Assembly: GCA_902765485.1 (NCBI GenBank)
Contig: CACWZZ010000016.1
Location: 41,991-105,990 of the forward strand
Direction of reading: 5' to 3'
From: an uncultured Bacteroidales bacterium
Lineage (GTDB): Bacteria; Bacteroidota; Bacteroidia; Bacteroidales; Paludibacteraceae
DNA: 64,000 nucleotides
Numbering within the stretch: position 1 is the stretch's first letter; every line of letters begins with the position of its first letter. The notes below the pieces were generated by a model. The model was not told the origin of the DNA, did no database searches, and saw only the letters and a list, made by a program, of their open reading frames with translations. The position numbers were made by a program, and so were the translations under genes. Positions 34,815 to 42,799 of the stretch are shown here, one piece after another.

Positions 34815-36257
34815 TTATTTTATTTCCACCGGTTTATACCGTGGAACTAAAATCTTCATGACGCTCCAGCCGATCAGGTAAGCCACCGCGCAGATGCAGA
34901 ATACAATCATGTAAGCTGCCGGTTTGCCGGTGAAGCCTGCGAAAGCAAACGCGTCGCCTAATTGGGCTGCATGGTCGAAGAGCATACCCGAACCTTTGTT
35001 AATCAGGAACGAACCTACTCCGCCTGCCATCGCACCGATACCGGTGATTGTAGCGACAGCCGATTTCGGGAACATATCACCCGTGGTGGAGAAGATATTC
35101 GCGCTCCAGCTCTGGTGAGCGGCACCCACGATACCGATGATGATAGCTACTGCCCAAGGACCGTATATACCGCCTAACGGCTGTGCGAACAACGCGAAGA
35201 TCGGGAAGAACGCAAAGATCAGCATAGCACGCATACGACCTGCATACGGCTCCATGCCTTTCTTCTCTACGAAGATCTTAGGCAAGTATCCGCCGAACAG
35301 CGAAATCACTGTTACGATAGCGTACAGCGTGAAGATGAGCGCAATACCCTGCGGGTCGGAAGCCTTGATACCGAACTGGTCCTGGAAATAAGCCGGAGCC
35401 CAAAAGAGGAAGAACCACCAAACGCCGTCGGTCATGAACTTACCAAACGCAAACGACCAGGTCTGTTTGTGCTTGAAAGCCTCAGCGAAGCTCATCTGCT
35501 TCTCTTCCTTAGCCTCCTGCTTCGGAGCGTCTTTCTCGTCTTGGTGGATATACTCCAACTCTGCCTCATTCACATGCTTGCTCTCTTCCGGCTTGTCATA
35601 GACAAAGATCCAGACACCTGCCCAGAGGAAGCCCAGCGCACCGATGATGATGAACGCCCACTCCCAGCCCATGGACTTAGCCAGCAATGGAATAGTAGCC
35701 GGAGCAGCCAACGCACCTACAGACGCGCCTGCGTTGAACAGGGCGGTAGCGAACGCACGGTCTTTCTTCGGGAAATACTCAGCGGTCACTTTGATAGCTG
35801 CAGGGAAGTTACCCGCCTCACCAAGTCCCAAGATCAGACGGCAGGCAAGGAACAGCCATACACTCACCATGGATATTGAACTCACTATCGCACCGGTTGC
35901 ATTCAGCAAAGCAGCCTTGTCAGCAACACCTACGATCTGCTCGGTTACCCAACCGCACCCTGCGTGCATCACAGCGCCTAACGACCATACGATGATGGCA
36001 ATCAGGTAGCCCTTCTTCGTGCCCATCCAGTCGATGAACTTACCGGCAAAGAGGCAGAAGATAGCATACGCGATGGAGAACACACCGGTGATGGTTCCGT
36101 AGTCGGAGTCGGTCCAGTGGAACTCCGGCTGAATAAACTCTTTGAAGGTCAACGACAGAACCTGACGGTCCATGTAGTTAACCGTAGTGGCGAAGAAAAG
36201 CATCGCACACATGACCCAACGCCAGTTGGTCATGACAGCTTTTTTAACGTCATTCAT
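34815..36257 (-). CDS. MFS transporter (hexuronate-transporter-like by context)
   Basis: 12-TM MFS pattern, DRQVLS motif; follows kdgK-eda. Confidence 0.8.
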   Translation of the reverse strand: MNDVKKAVMTNWRWVMCAMLFFATTVNYMDRQVLSLTFKEFIQPEFHWTDSDYGTITGVFSIAYAIFCLFAGKFIDWMGTKKGYLIAIIVWSLGAVMHAGCGWVTEQIVGVADKAALLNATGAIVSSISMVSVWLFLACRLILGLGEAGNFPAAIKVTAEYFPKKDRAFATALFNAGASVGALAAPATIPLLAKSMGWEWAFIIIGALGFLWAGVWIFVYDKPEESKHVNEAELEYIHQDEKDAPKQEAKEEKQMSFAEAFKHKQTWSFAFGKFMTDGVWWFFLFWAPAYFQDQFGIKASDPQGIALIFTLYAIVTVISLFGGYLPKIFVEKKGMEPYAGRMRAMLIFAFFPIFALFAQPLGGIYGPWAVAIIIGIVGAAHQSWSANIFSTTGDMFPKSAVATITGIGAMAGGVGSFLINKGSGMLFDHAAQLGDAFAFAGFTGKPAAYMIVFCICAVAYLIGWSVMKILVPRYKPVEIK

Positions 36258-36275
36258 TCTTGTTTTTCATTAAAA

Positions 36276-36315
36276 GATTCGATATTTCGATAACTCGATT
36301 TCCCGATATATCGGA
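36276..36315. repeat. tandem 8-mer word array (NNNTCGAT x5) filling the eda-MFS spacer
   Basis: GATTCGAT ATTTCGAT AACTCGAT TTCCCGAT ATATCGGA. Confidence 0.8.
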
Positions 36316-36984
36316 TTATTTTTTACAATTAGCGATGATTTCAAAGCACTCTTTGCACTTTGCGGTTATGTAAGCCCAGTCGCCGGCTTTCACCTTGTCG
36401 CTCGGGAAGAGCTTGCTGCCCATGCCCACGCAGTAAACGCCTGCGGCGAACCATTTCTCCAGGTTCTCTTTCTCAGGAGCCACACCACCGGTAACCATGA
36501 TCTTTGACCATGGTATCGGAGCCATCAGACCTTTCACGAGGTTCGGTCCAACTACATCGCCCGGGAACACTTTCGTGAAGTCGCAACCAACCTCCTGAGC
36601 CGCACCGATCTCGCTCGGTGTGAGGCAGCCCGGACAGTAAGTCACGCAACGACGGTTGCAGACAACTGCGATATCTTTGTTGAACAGCGGACCAACTACG
36701 AAGTTAGCACCCAGTTGCAGATAGAGAGCAGCAGTCGGAGCATCTACAACGCTACCGATACCGAGTGCCAACTCCGGGCACTCTTTAGCCACCCACTTGC
36801 TCAACTCACCGAACACCTCGTGTGCGAAATCGCCGCGGTTGGTGAACTCGAAAGCGCGTACACCGCCCTCGTAGCAAGCCTTAATCACGTTCTTACAAAC
36901 TTCTACGTCCTTGTGATAGAACACAGGAACCATCGGTGCAGCGGCAATCTTCGCCATCACCTGAAATTTATCAAACTTTGCCAT
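36316..36984 (-). CDS. eda: KDPG / 4-hydroxy-2-oxoglutarate aldolase
   Basis: Eda-family length and motifs ([21 protein letters not shown]); pathway context. Confidence 0.85.
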   Translation of the reverse strand: MAKFDKFQVMAKIAAAPMVPVFYHKDVEVCKNVIKACYEGGVRAFEFTNRGDFAHEVFGELSKWVAKECPELALGIGSVVDAPTAALYLQLGANFVVGPLFNKDIAVVCNRRCVTYCPGCLTPSEIGAAQEVGCDFTKVFPGDVVGPNLVKGLMAPIPWSKIMVTGGVAPEKENLEKWFAAGVYCVGMGSKLFPSDKVKAGDWAYITAKCKECFEIIANCKK

Positions 36985-37004
36985 AATTTTCCTTTCTTGT
37001 TAAA

Positions 37005-37045
37005 ACTTCGGTATATCGATTTATCGAAATATCGATATATCGGAT
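37005..37045. repeat. tandem 8-mer word array (TATCGANN x4-5) filling the kdgK-eda spacer
   Basis: TATCGATT TATCGAAA TATCGATA TATCGGAT. Confidence 0.8.
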
Positions 37046-38071
37046 TTATCTCTGAACACGACCATTCGCATTGCCTCCGGCAAGCGAGAGAACTTCGTCT
37101 TCAGAAACGAGGTTGTAGTCGCCGTTAATGGTGTGCTTCAGAGCCGAAGCAGCTACTGCGAACTCAAGAGCCGATGCCTGGTCGCCCGGATACTTGAGCA
37201 TACCGTGGATCAGACCGCCGGAGAACGAGTCACCACCACCTACGCGGTCGATGATCGGGTTGATCTCGTAACGCTTGGACTGGTAGAACTCCTTACCGTT
37301 GTAGATCATAGCCTTCCAGCCGTTGAAGGTAGCGCTGTAGCTCTCGCGCAGCGTCGAAACAACGTACTTGAAGCCGAACTCCTTCATCATCTGCTCGAAG
37401 ATGCCCTTGTAGCCCTCAGCGTTGGTCTCGCCGCCTTCTACATCTGCATCGGGCTTGAAACCGAGGCACAACTCTGCATCTTCCTCGTTGCCGATACAAA
37501 CATCCACATACTTCATCAACGGACGCATGATCGAGATAGCTTTCTCGCTGGTCCACAGTTTCTTACGGAAGTTCAGGTCAACGGAAACAGTTACACCGTG
37601 ACGTTTTGCAGCCTCGCAAGCCAATTTGGTGATCTCAGCAGCCTTGTCCGAGATAGCCGGAGTGATGCCGCTCCAGTGGAACCATGCTGCGCCTTCCATG
37701 ATCTTATCGAAGTCAAAGTCCTTTGGATCAGCCTCAGCGATAGCGCTGTGTGCACGGTCGTAAATCACTTTCGACGGACGCATCGAAGCACCGGTCTCAC
37801 AATAATACAGACCCACGCGGTCGCCGCCACGAACGATATAATCGTCTTTTACGCCATAACGACGCAGCGAGTTAACGGCAATCTGACCGATCTCGTGCTT
37901 CGGCAGTTTGGTTACCAGATAAGCCTCGTGGCCGTAGTTAGCGCACGAAATAGCCACGTTAGCCTCACCACCACCGGGAATAATTCTAAAGTGATCAGAC
38001 TGGATGAAACGGTCTTGTCCTTCAGGACTCAGGCGGAGCATAATCTCGCCCAACGTAATAATTTTAGCCAT
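37046..38071 (-). CDS. kdgK: 2-dehydro-3-deoxygluconokinase
   Basis: PfkB motifs GGGEANVA and VGGGDSFSGGLIHG. Confidence 0.85.
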   Translation of the reverse strand: MAKIITLGEIMLRLSPEGQDRFIQSDHFRIIPGGGEANVAISCANYGHEAYLVTKLPKHEIGQIAVNSLRRYGVKDDYIVRGGDRVGLYYCETGASMRPSKVIYDRAHSAIAEADPKDFDFDKIMEGAAWFHWSGITPAISDKAAEITKLACEAAKRHGVTVSVDLNFRKKLWTSEKAISIMRPLMKYVDVCIGNEEDAELCLGFKPDADVEGGETNAEGYKGIFEQMMKEFGFKYVVSTLRESYSATFNGWKAMIYNGKEFYQSKRYEINPIIDRVGGGDSFSGGLIHGMLKYPGDQASALEFAVAASALKHTINGDYNLVSEDEVLSLAGGNANGRVQR

Positions 38072-38173
38072 AGGTTAAATGAATTAAATTGGTTAATAAA
38101 TATTGTTAATTAGTTGTTGTTTGCTTTATTTGGTTTCGTTTGGTTTTCTGTTTTTATTTTTTGTGAGGATGAT

Positions 38174-38204
38174 TCTCCGTCTATTAGCCCCGAATTTTAT
38201 TCGG
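38174..38204. repeat. REP-like hairpin element, copy 1 (contains the stop codon of the Y1 gene)
   Basis: CTCCGTCTATTAGC + CCCGAAT-TTT-ATTCGGG. Confidence 0.7.
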
Positions 38205-39231
38205 GTTTGTTCAAAGCCTCGCATATTTCCTCTGCCATTTTATTCATCGCCACACACTCGGCTCTGGTCACATGCGGCTTGTCCGGATCATGCTGCCACG
38301 GCGATAGTATCAACATCCTTCCCTCTGCGACCGCCTCAAACAATCCCTCTGCAGGTTTGTAATACTCGCCAAATCCATTCTCCGCGATATAAATAATGGT
38401 ATGTTTCTCGCGCAGCAACACCTCCAATACCTCTTTCTCTTTCGGACTAATGAACGGCGACACCATCACAGTCCCTTTACGAGCCGCCAGCACACATCCG
38501 TTCATATACTCGCGTAGCCGTGTCGCGTCTCCATGCTGCTCAGCATCTTCCACCCAAATCCTCCGCACATGTACCGGCGAGAACTTCTCTGCCTGCAAAA
38601 TGCCTATATTCCCAATTCCGCTATATTTCTGTCCCGCTATCTCTATATCTCGCTGCACTCTGAAATATCCCGGCATCAACCTTTTCGTTGCTAACCTCTG
38701 CGGGTTCATCTGCACATAGCGGATCATCGTTTGTAGTTGTCCCTTGTGTGACATTGGACGCACAAACGGGCGCTCCGTGAAGATCGGAAATGGGAGGCCT
38801 CCATTCCCTTCTCTCGCATTATTTGCCATTCCCTCTCCGTCCATTAGCCCCGAATTTAATTCGGGATAAATCAACGGAGAATATGCCCGTCCTATTTTCT
38901 TAACGCCCTGCCACAAACTGCGGATTACATTATTTATACTTTGTGTCATCGGCTTGGTGACATAGTATATTACATGCAAGTGATCGGGCATCAAACAATG
39001 CTGTATTACCTTTATCTCCGGATAGTAATGATTGATGCGTAATGCTTCTTCTGTTATCCGGTCCCCAAGTTCTGTCCTTTCCACCGCCGCTTGTTTCGGA
39101 TCATTCTCCGGAATGACAAGCCTCCCCAACAAAGCCTCTCTGCTTGGCACAACCAGCGTAACATGGTAAATGCCGACACCTCTCCATGCCGTTCCCATTT
39201 CTTGCCATTTCCATGTCTCCTGTTCTGCCAT
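38197..39231 (-). CDS. RayT/IS200-like Y1 (HUH) transposase domain fused to a DprA/SLOG-like C-terminal domain
   Basis: HUH motif PDHLHVIYY; Y-motif IRYVQMNPQR. C-terminus aligns by eye to the DprA core (GNIGILQ, VHVRR, GTVMVSPF, TIIYIAENGF, GRMLILSP). Confidence 0.65.
   Translation of the reverse strand: MAEQETWKWQEMGTAWRGVGIYHVTLVVPSREALLGRLVIPENDPKQAAVERTELGDRITEEALRINHYYPEIKVIQHCLMPDHLHVIYYVTKPMTQSINNVIRSLWQGVKKIGRAYSPLIYPELNSGLMDGEGMANNAREGNGGLPFPIFTERPFVRPMSHKGQLQTMIRYVQMNPQRLATKRLMPGYFRVQRDIEIAGQKYSGIGNIGILQAEKFSPVHVRRIWVEDAEQHGDATRLREYMNGCVLAARKGTVMVSPFISPKEKEVLEVLLREKHTIIYIAENGFGEYYKPAEGLFEAVAEGRMLILSPWQHDPDKPHVTRAECVAMNKMAEEICEALNKPE
38835..38865. repeat. REP-like hairpin element, copy 2 (in-frame inside the Y1 gene)
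   Basis: CTCCGTCCATTAGC + CCCGAAT-TTA-ATTCGGG; encodes YPELNSGLMDGE. Confidence 0.7.
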
Positions 39232-39251
39232 TTTCTTTTAGTTTTCGAGTG

Positions 39252-39316
39252 GGGGTACAATTTGTACCCCTCGTCAATCTGTGCTTTTTTCTTAAGGTTG
39301 GGGACAAATTGTCCCC
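39252..39316. repeat. two related perfect palindromes upstream of the Y1 gene
   Basis: GGGGTACAA-T-TTGTACCCC (39252-39270) and GGGGACAA-A-TTGTCCCC (39300-39316). Confidence 0.8.
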
Positions 39317-39380
39317 TGGTCAGTTGGGTAGTAGTACTTAACCACTTCTGTTCCGTTTTTCATTGTTTTTTCTCTACTAC

Positions 39381-39455
39381 CGGCTTACGAGCGGCATACG
39401 AGACGGATACGAGACGATAACTATTAGCGATAACTTAGCGGTCTATCAGCCACTC
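39381..39455. repeat. degenerate 11-bp periodic array
   Basis: GGCTTACGAGC GGCATACGAGA CGGATACGAGA CGATAACTATT AGCGATAACTT AGCGGTCTATC. Confidence 0.55.
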
Positions 39456-39589
39456 TCGCGCCATTTCAATTTATCCTTATTTATGTTCAAACATATACCC
39501 CTCTATATAATAATCAAAATAAAGCCCAAATCTATCACCTCAAATGCAAGTTTTTAAGTTCTTTCATTGATTCTATACTATTCTGCCTA

Positions 39590-40855
39590 TTATTCGATTC
39601 TTCGCAAATAAGCATTGTTACTTTCTTTGAATATTTTGTTAATCTCATCATTTTCAAAGCCTATAATATTGAGCATGCAACATAATAAGATTTTTCTTAA
39701 TTTGTGATTTAAATAATATAATTCTATACCGTCTAAAACATTTTTCTTCTTTCCTGTTGGCAATAAATGTGAATAATGATGTCTTGAATCACAGATACAA
39801 TCTATGTCATGATCTGATAACTCTATAGCGGCAATGTCGGAAAACTTCTCTCTCAATTGAGTTAAAAGCTTTTTAAGACAAGGCTCGTCTTTTATGAAAC
39901 GATAGTAATAACCTTCCACCGCCTGAACCACTACCAGAAAATCCACGCTACTGAACACTCTGCGTCTACTCACACTATCTATCAAATGAGCACGAATTGG
40001 AAACAATTCCTTTTCTGCATACCATTTTTGTATTACCAAGGGAAACTTATCTTTTATAATGTCATACACAAATAAGTAATCCCAAAATCGTTCGCAATTA
40101 TTACTTCTTTCTTTCTCGCTGTCATCAAATATTTCTATAGTGTAGTTCTCTGTTGGATCTGTTTTTTTATCTTTATCAATAAGAAGCAACTTATCACATC
40201 GCACCGAAGTTAGAGTGGCAAAAGATAGAAATTGTTCGAAAAGAAAGACTTTCATATTTGCCTCACGAATCGAAACGGGGTTTGCGAATAAAAAGTTAAG
40301 TGAAGTCTTTTGCTCAAACTCAACTCGCATACCTGTTTTGCCAGTAGTAAAATTGGATTCTCCTGCAATTTTCAAATTACAACCTTCTTCTATCTGTACA
40401 ATTACATTATTTGCTTCTTTGATATCTGCACTACACGAATAACTTTGTTCGTTCCAATGCGCGTGCAGGCAATTCGGTTTAAACCAATATGTTAATTCGT
40501 CAATATATGCAGCAACATCGTAGTTACCTAATTCATTCAAAGACTTAATATGTTTCCCCACCGCAACGATTTGCCCTTTATATTCTGCAACAGCAAAAGG
40601 ACAACTTGTATTTACAGAAATAGACTCATAACAGTTAAATACACTTATTTTCTTCGATTCCGAAGAGACTCCCCAAATAACAGCATAATGAACACTATTT
40701 CTACTCACTAAATGATGTAAAGGATTGCTCTCGCCTAGAGCACCAATTGTCTCAAGGGTGATTTTCCCCTTTTCTACACTTAATGTCCCTGCTACTTGAT
40801 TGTCTGGCGCGTCAGGCAACCACCATAATCCTTTATAGTCGTTGGGCGTCTTCAT
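39590..40855 (-). CDS. ApeA-like protein: N-terminal ApeA-type beta-rich domain plus C-terminal HEPN (predicted RNase)
   Basis: N-terminus YKGLWWLPDAPDNQVAGTLSVEKGKITLETIG; C-terminal Rx4H motif DSRHHYSHL. Confidence 0.6.
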   Translation of the reverse strand: MKTPNDYKGLWWLPDAPDNQVAGTLSVEKGKITLETIGALGESNPLHHLVSRNSVHYAVIWGVSSESKKISVFNCYESISVNTSCPFAVAEYKGQIVAVGKHIKSLNELGNYDVAAYIDELTYWFKPNCLHAHWNEQSYSCSADIKEANNVIVQIEEGCNLKIAGESNFTTGKTGMRVEFEQKTSLNFLFANPVSIREANMKVFLFEQFLSFATLTSVRCDKLLLIDKDKKTDPTENYTIEIFDDSEKERSNNCERFWDYLFVYDIIKDKFPLVIQKWYAEKELFPIRAHLIDSVSRRRVFSSVDFLVVVQAVEGYYYRFIKDEPCLKKLLTQLREKFSDIAAIELSDHDIDCICDSRHHYSHLLPTGKKKNVLDGIELYYLNHKLRKILLCCMLNIIGFENDEINKIFKESNNAYLRRIE

Positions 40856-40955
40856 TAAACTTTATCAATTTTAACAAATCGTTTCCTTATACTTTCTGCA
40901 CATGTATTTAATTCTGATATATTTCGTTTATTTCATCTTTCAACGTGCTTTTAAT

Positions 40956-41750
40956 TTATACTTCTATTTTGTCAACTTTGAGCACCTTATTATACAATAT
41001 TGATTTCTTGAAATTTGCCGCCGGATATGCCTTCAAAATTCTTTCACGAATCAACTTTCTCTCGGCGTCGTATTTTGCTATCTCTATTTTAGAAGCGAGA
41101 TTTTCTTCAGACTTGTTTGCAGGATAATATGTAATGCGTTTTATCATATTAACATCAACCGGTACATTTAACACATTCTTATGTAGATTGTCATTGACTT
41201 TGCCAGGATTTCTAGGGATTATAAAAAATCTTACTTCATTTTCATATTTAAATGCATTTCTTTTTAATGACATAATCTTGATATACTGTTCCTCATTAAA
41301 ATTTTGGAAAAAATCTTGATAATGCGGACTAGATGTCGAATATAGATTGTCTATTTCAGCTTTTTTTAGATTATAATTTACTTTTGCTAGATATACATCA
41401 CACTCCTTTTCTTCTGCAAAAGAAAGTAAACTAGAGATAAAAACTTCTGTTTGAATTACAAGACGTAGCAAGGGGTCGTTATCCCTTTTGTATATTTTCC
41501 AAGAGGCTTCTTCATTTTGCAGATCCATTCTGGCGCAAAAACAATAGATCGTAGGCTGTCTATATCCATTTAACCCAGTGTAATCTGTGTTTAGATATTT
41601 GATCTCATATGGATCATACCAGAGCTCAGGAGAAACAAAACCAATTTGATGTGGCTCTTGTTCTAATATATTCAGTACACGACTTGTACATATATATTTA
41701 TATATGTATGCCGGAACTTTAGGTAAATCAATTAATTTTATCTCTTTCAT
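40956..41750 (-). CDS. DUF2971-like protein
   Basis: IYKYICTSRVLNILEQ..., FVSPELWYDPYE (cf. FNDPFE) and YENEVRFFI motifs. Confidence 0.6.
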   Translation of the reverse strand: MKEIKLIDLPKVPAYIYKYICTSRVLNILEQEPHQIGFVSPELWYDPYEIKYLNTDYTGLNGYRQPTIYCFCARMDLQNEEASWKIYKRDNDPLLRLVIQTEVFISSLLSFAEEKECDVYLAKVNYNLKKAEIDNLYSTSSPHYQDFFQNFNEEQYIKIMSLKRNAFKYENEVRFFIIPRNPGKVNDNLHKNVLNVPVDVNMIKRITYYPANKSEENLASKIEIAKYDAERKLIRERILKAYPAANFKKSILYNKVLKVDKIEV

Positions 41751-41859
41751 ATATATTAAGTTTTTAAGTGTCCTTATATCTTCTCCCTCTCATCCGTCTG
41801 TCTTCCATTAGTCTCCATCGGATGCTCATCGGGTGCTCACTATGACGACGCCGTAACAT

Positions 41860-42182
41860 CTACGGCACGATACCCTGCTTTCTCTTCTCGCTCAACTCAT
41901 GTTTGATATAATCGTACAGCCTCCCTTGTATAGGCTTGTTATATTTCCTTGCCTTCCGCACAGCCTCCTCATATCGTGCCTGCCATTCCGCCTTACGCAC
42001 CTCAGCTCAGCAAAAGCTTTTGCCGTTGGGTGTTCTGCTTTTGCTTTCTTTGTTTTCTTGCTCAACTCCGGCTTCGCGCACACGGCTGCCCATTCCCCGT
42101 TTCCGGGTATCCGCCGTGCATAATGTCTCTGATCCACATTTCCCTGCAAACTATCCACTATATTCACCCACTTCGCTTTCAT
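41860..42182 (-). pseudogene. small conserved-looking gene disrupted by a 5-bp tandem duplication
   Basis: GCTGAGCTGAGG at ~42005-42016 on the coding strand. Removing one GCTGA joins MKAKWVNIVD...AKAFAE to VRKAEWQARYEEAVRKARKYNKPIQGRLYDYIKHELSEKRKQGIVP*. Confidence 0.55.
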
Positions 42183-42193
42183 TTGATTTTCTT

Positions 42194-42784
42194 TTACTCA
42201 AAAAATGTTATGCTATTCATGTAATTCTCATATAACCCTTCTTTTAATTCTAAAATGGAAGGAGACAACTTTTTCACTATTTCTAAGTCATAATTCTTAT
42301 CTACATTTCCGCTTGATTCTAATATTTTATCTATAGCTCGATCAATATCTTCTCTTCCGAGAGATCTGCTTTTCTCCTTAAATGTTAATACTCTTTCCGT
42401 CTTAATCTTTTCTCCAGAAGTATCAAATATATCATACCCGTTTTGAAAAGGGTGTGCAGCACTATCCCTCCGATATATTATATAAATGCATTCATCATCT
42501 GAAAGTGTATCGCATATTTTGTTAAGACATGTAGTTACTTTTAATATATATTTATCCTTACCGAACTTTTGGGATATTTCTTCACTTTTCATTTTTAATA
42601 ATTCAGCAAGTTTAATATAAAATAATTGCTGATACCATCTATCATAGTTGCTACTTAAAGCCTCCGTTACACAAACAAAGTCTAATATCCATTGAATAAA
42701 CAAAAACCTTTCTGTAGGAATCTTACTCGCAACTTGATACTCTTTACCATAGTATATTTCTTCTATAGTTTTTCCTTTAACCAT
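42194..42784 (-). CDS. 196-aa protein with a HEPN-like Rx4H motif
   Basis: IYRRDSAAHPF in a mostly helical-looking protein, AbiV-like size; motif-level evidence only. Confidence 0.4.
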   Translation of the reverse strand: MVKGKTIEEIYYGKEYQVASKIPTERFLFIQWILDFVCVTEALSSNYDRWYQQLFYIKLAELLKMKSEEISQKFGKDKYILKVTTCLNKICDTLSDDECIYIIYRRDSAAHPFQNGYDIFDTSGEKIKTERVLTFKEKSRSLGREDIDRAIDKILESSGNVDKNYDLEIVKKLSPSILELKEGLYENYMNSITFFE

Positions 42785-42799
42785 TTTAACAAACCTTTA

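Larger units (their letters stand above)
38174..39330 (-). mobile_element. possible RayT/IS200-like unit (Y1 transposase gene plus flanking hairpins)
   Basis: HUH/Y1 gene bounded by a hairpin at its 3' end and two perfect palindromes upstream; no terminal repeats or target duplication identified. Confidence 0.35.

Noticed and set aside
41892-42182. The 96-aa ORF as an intact gene
   Set aside because: Its C-terminal third (CVRRNGRHDMRRLCGRQGN...) looks like out-of-frame translation. A 5-bp tandem duplication explains the shift, so it is called a pseudogene or phase-off allele.
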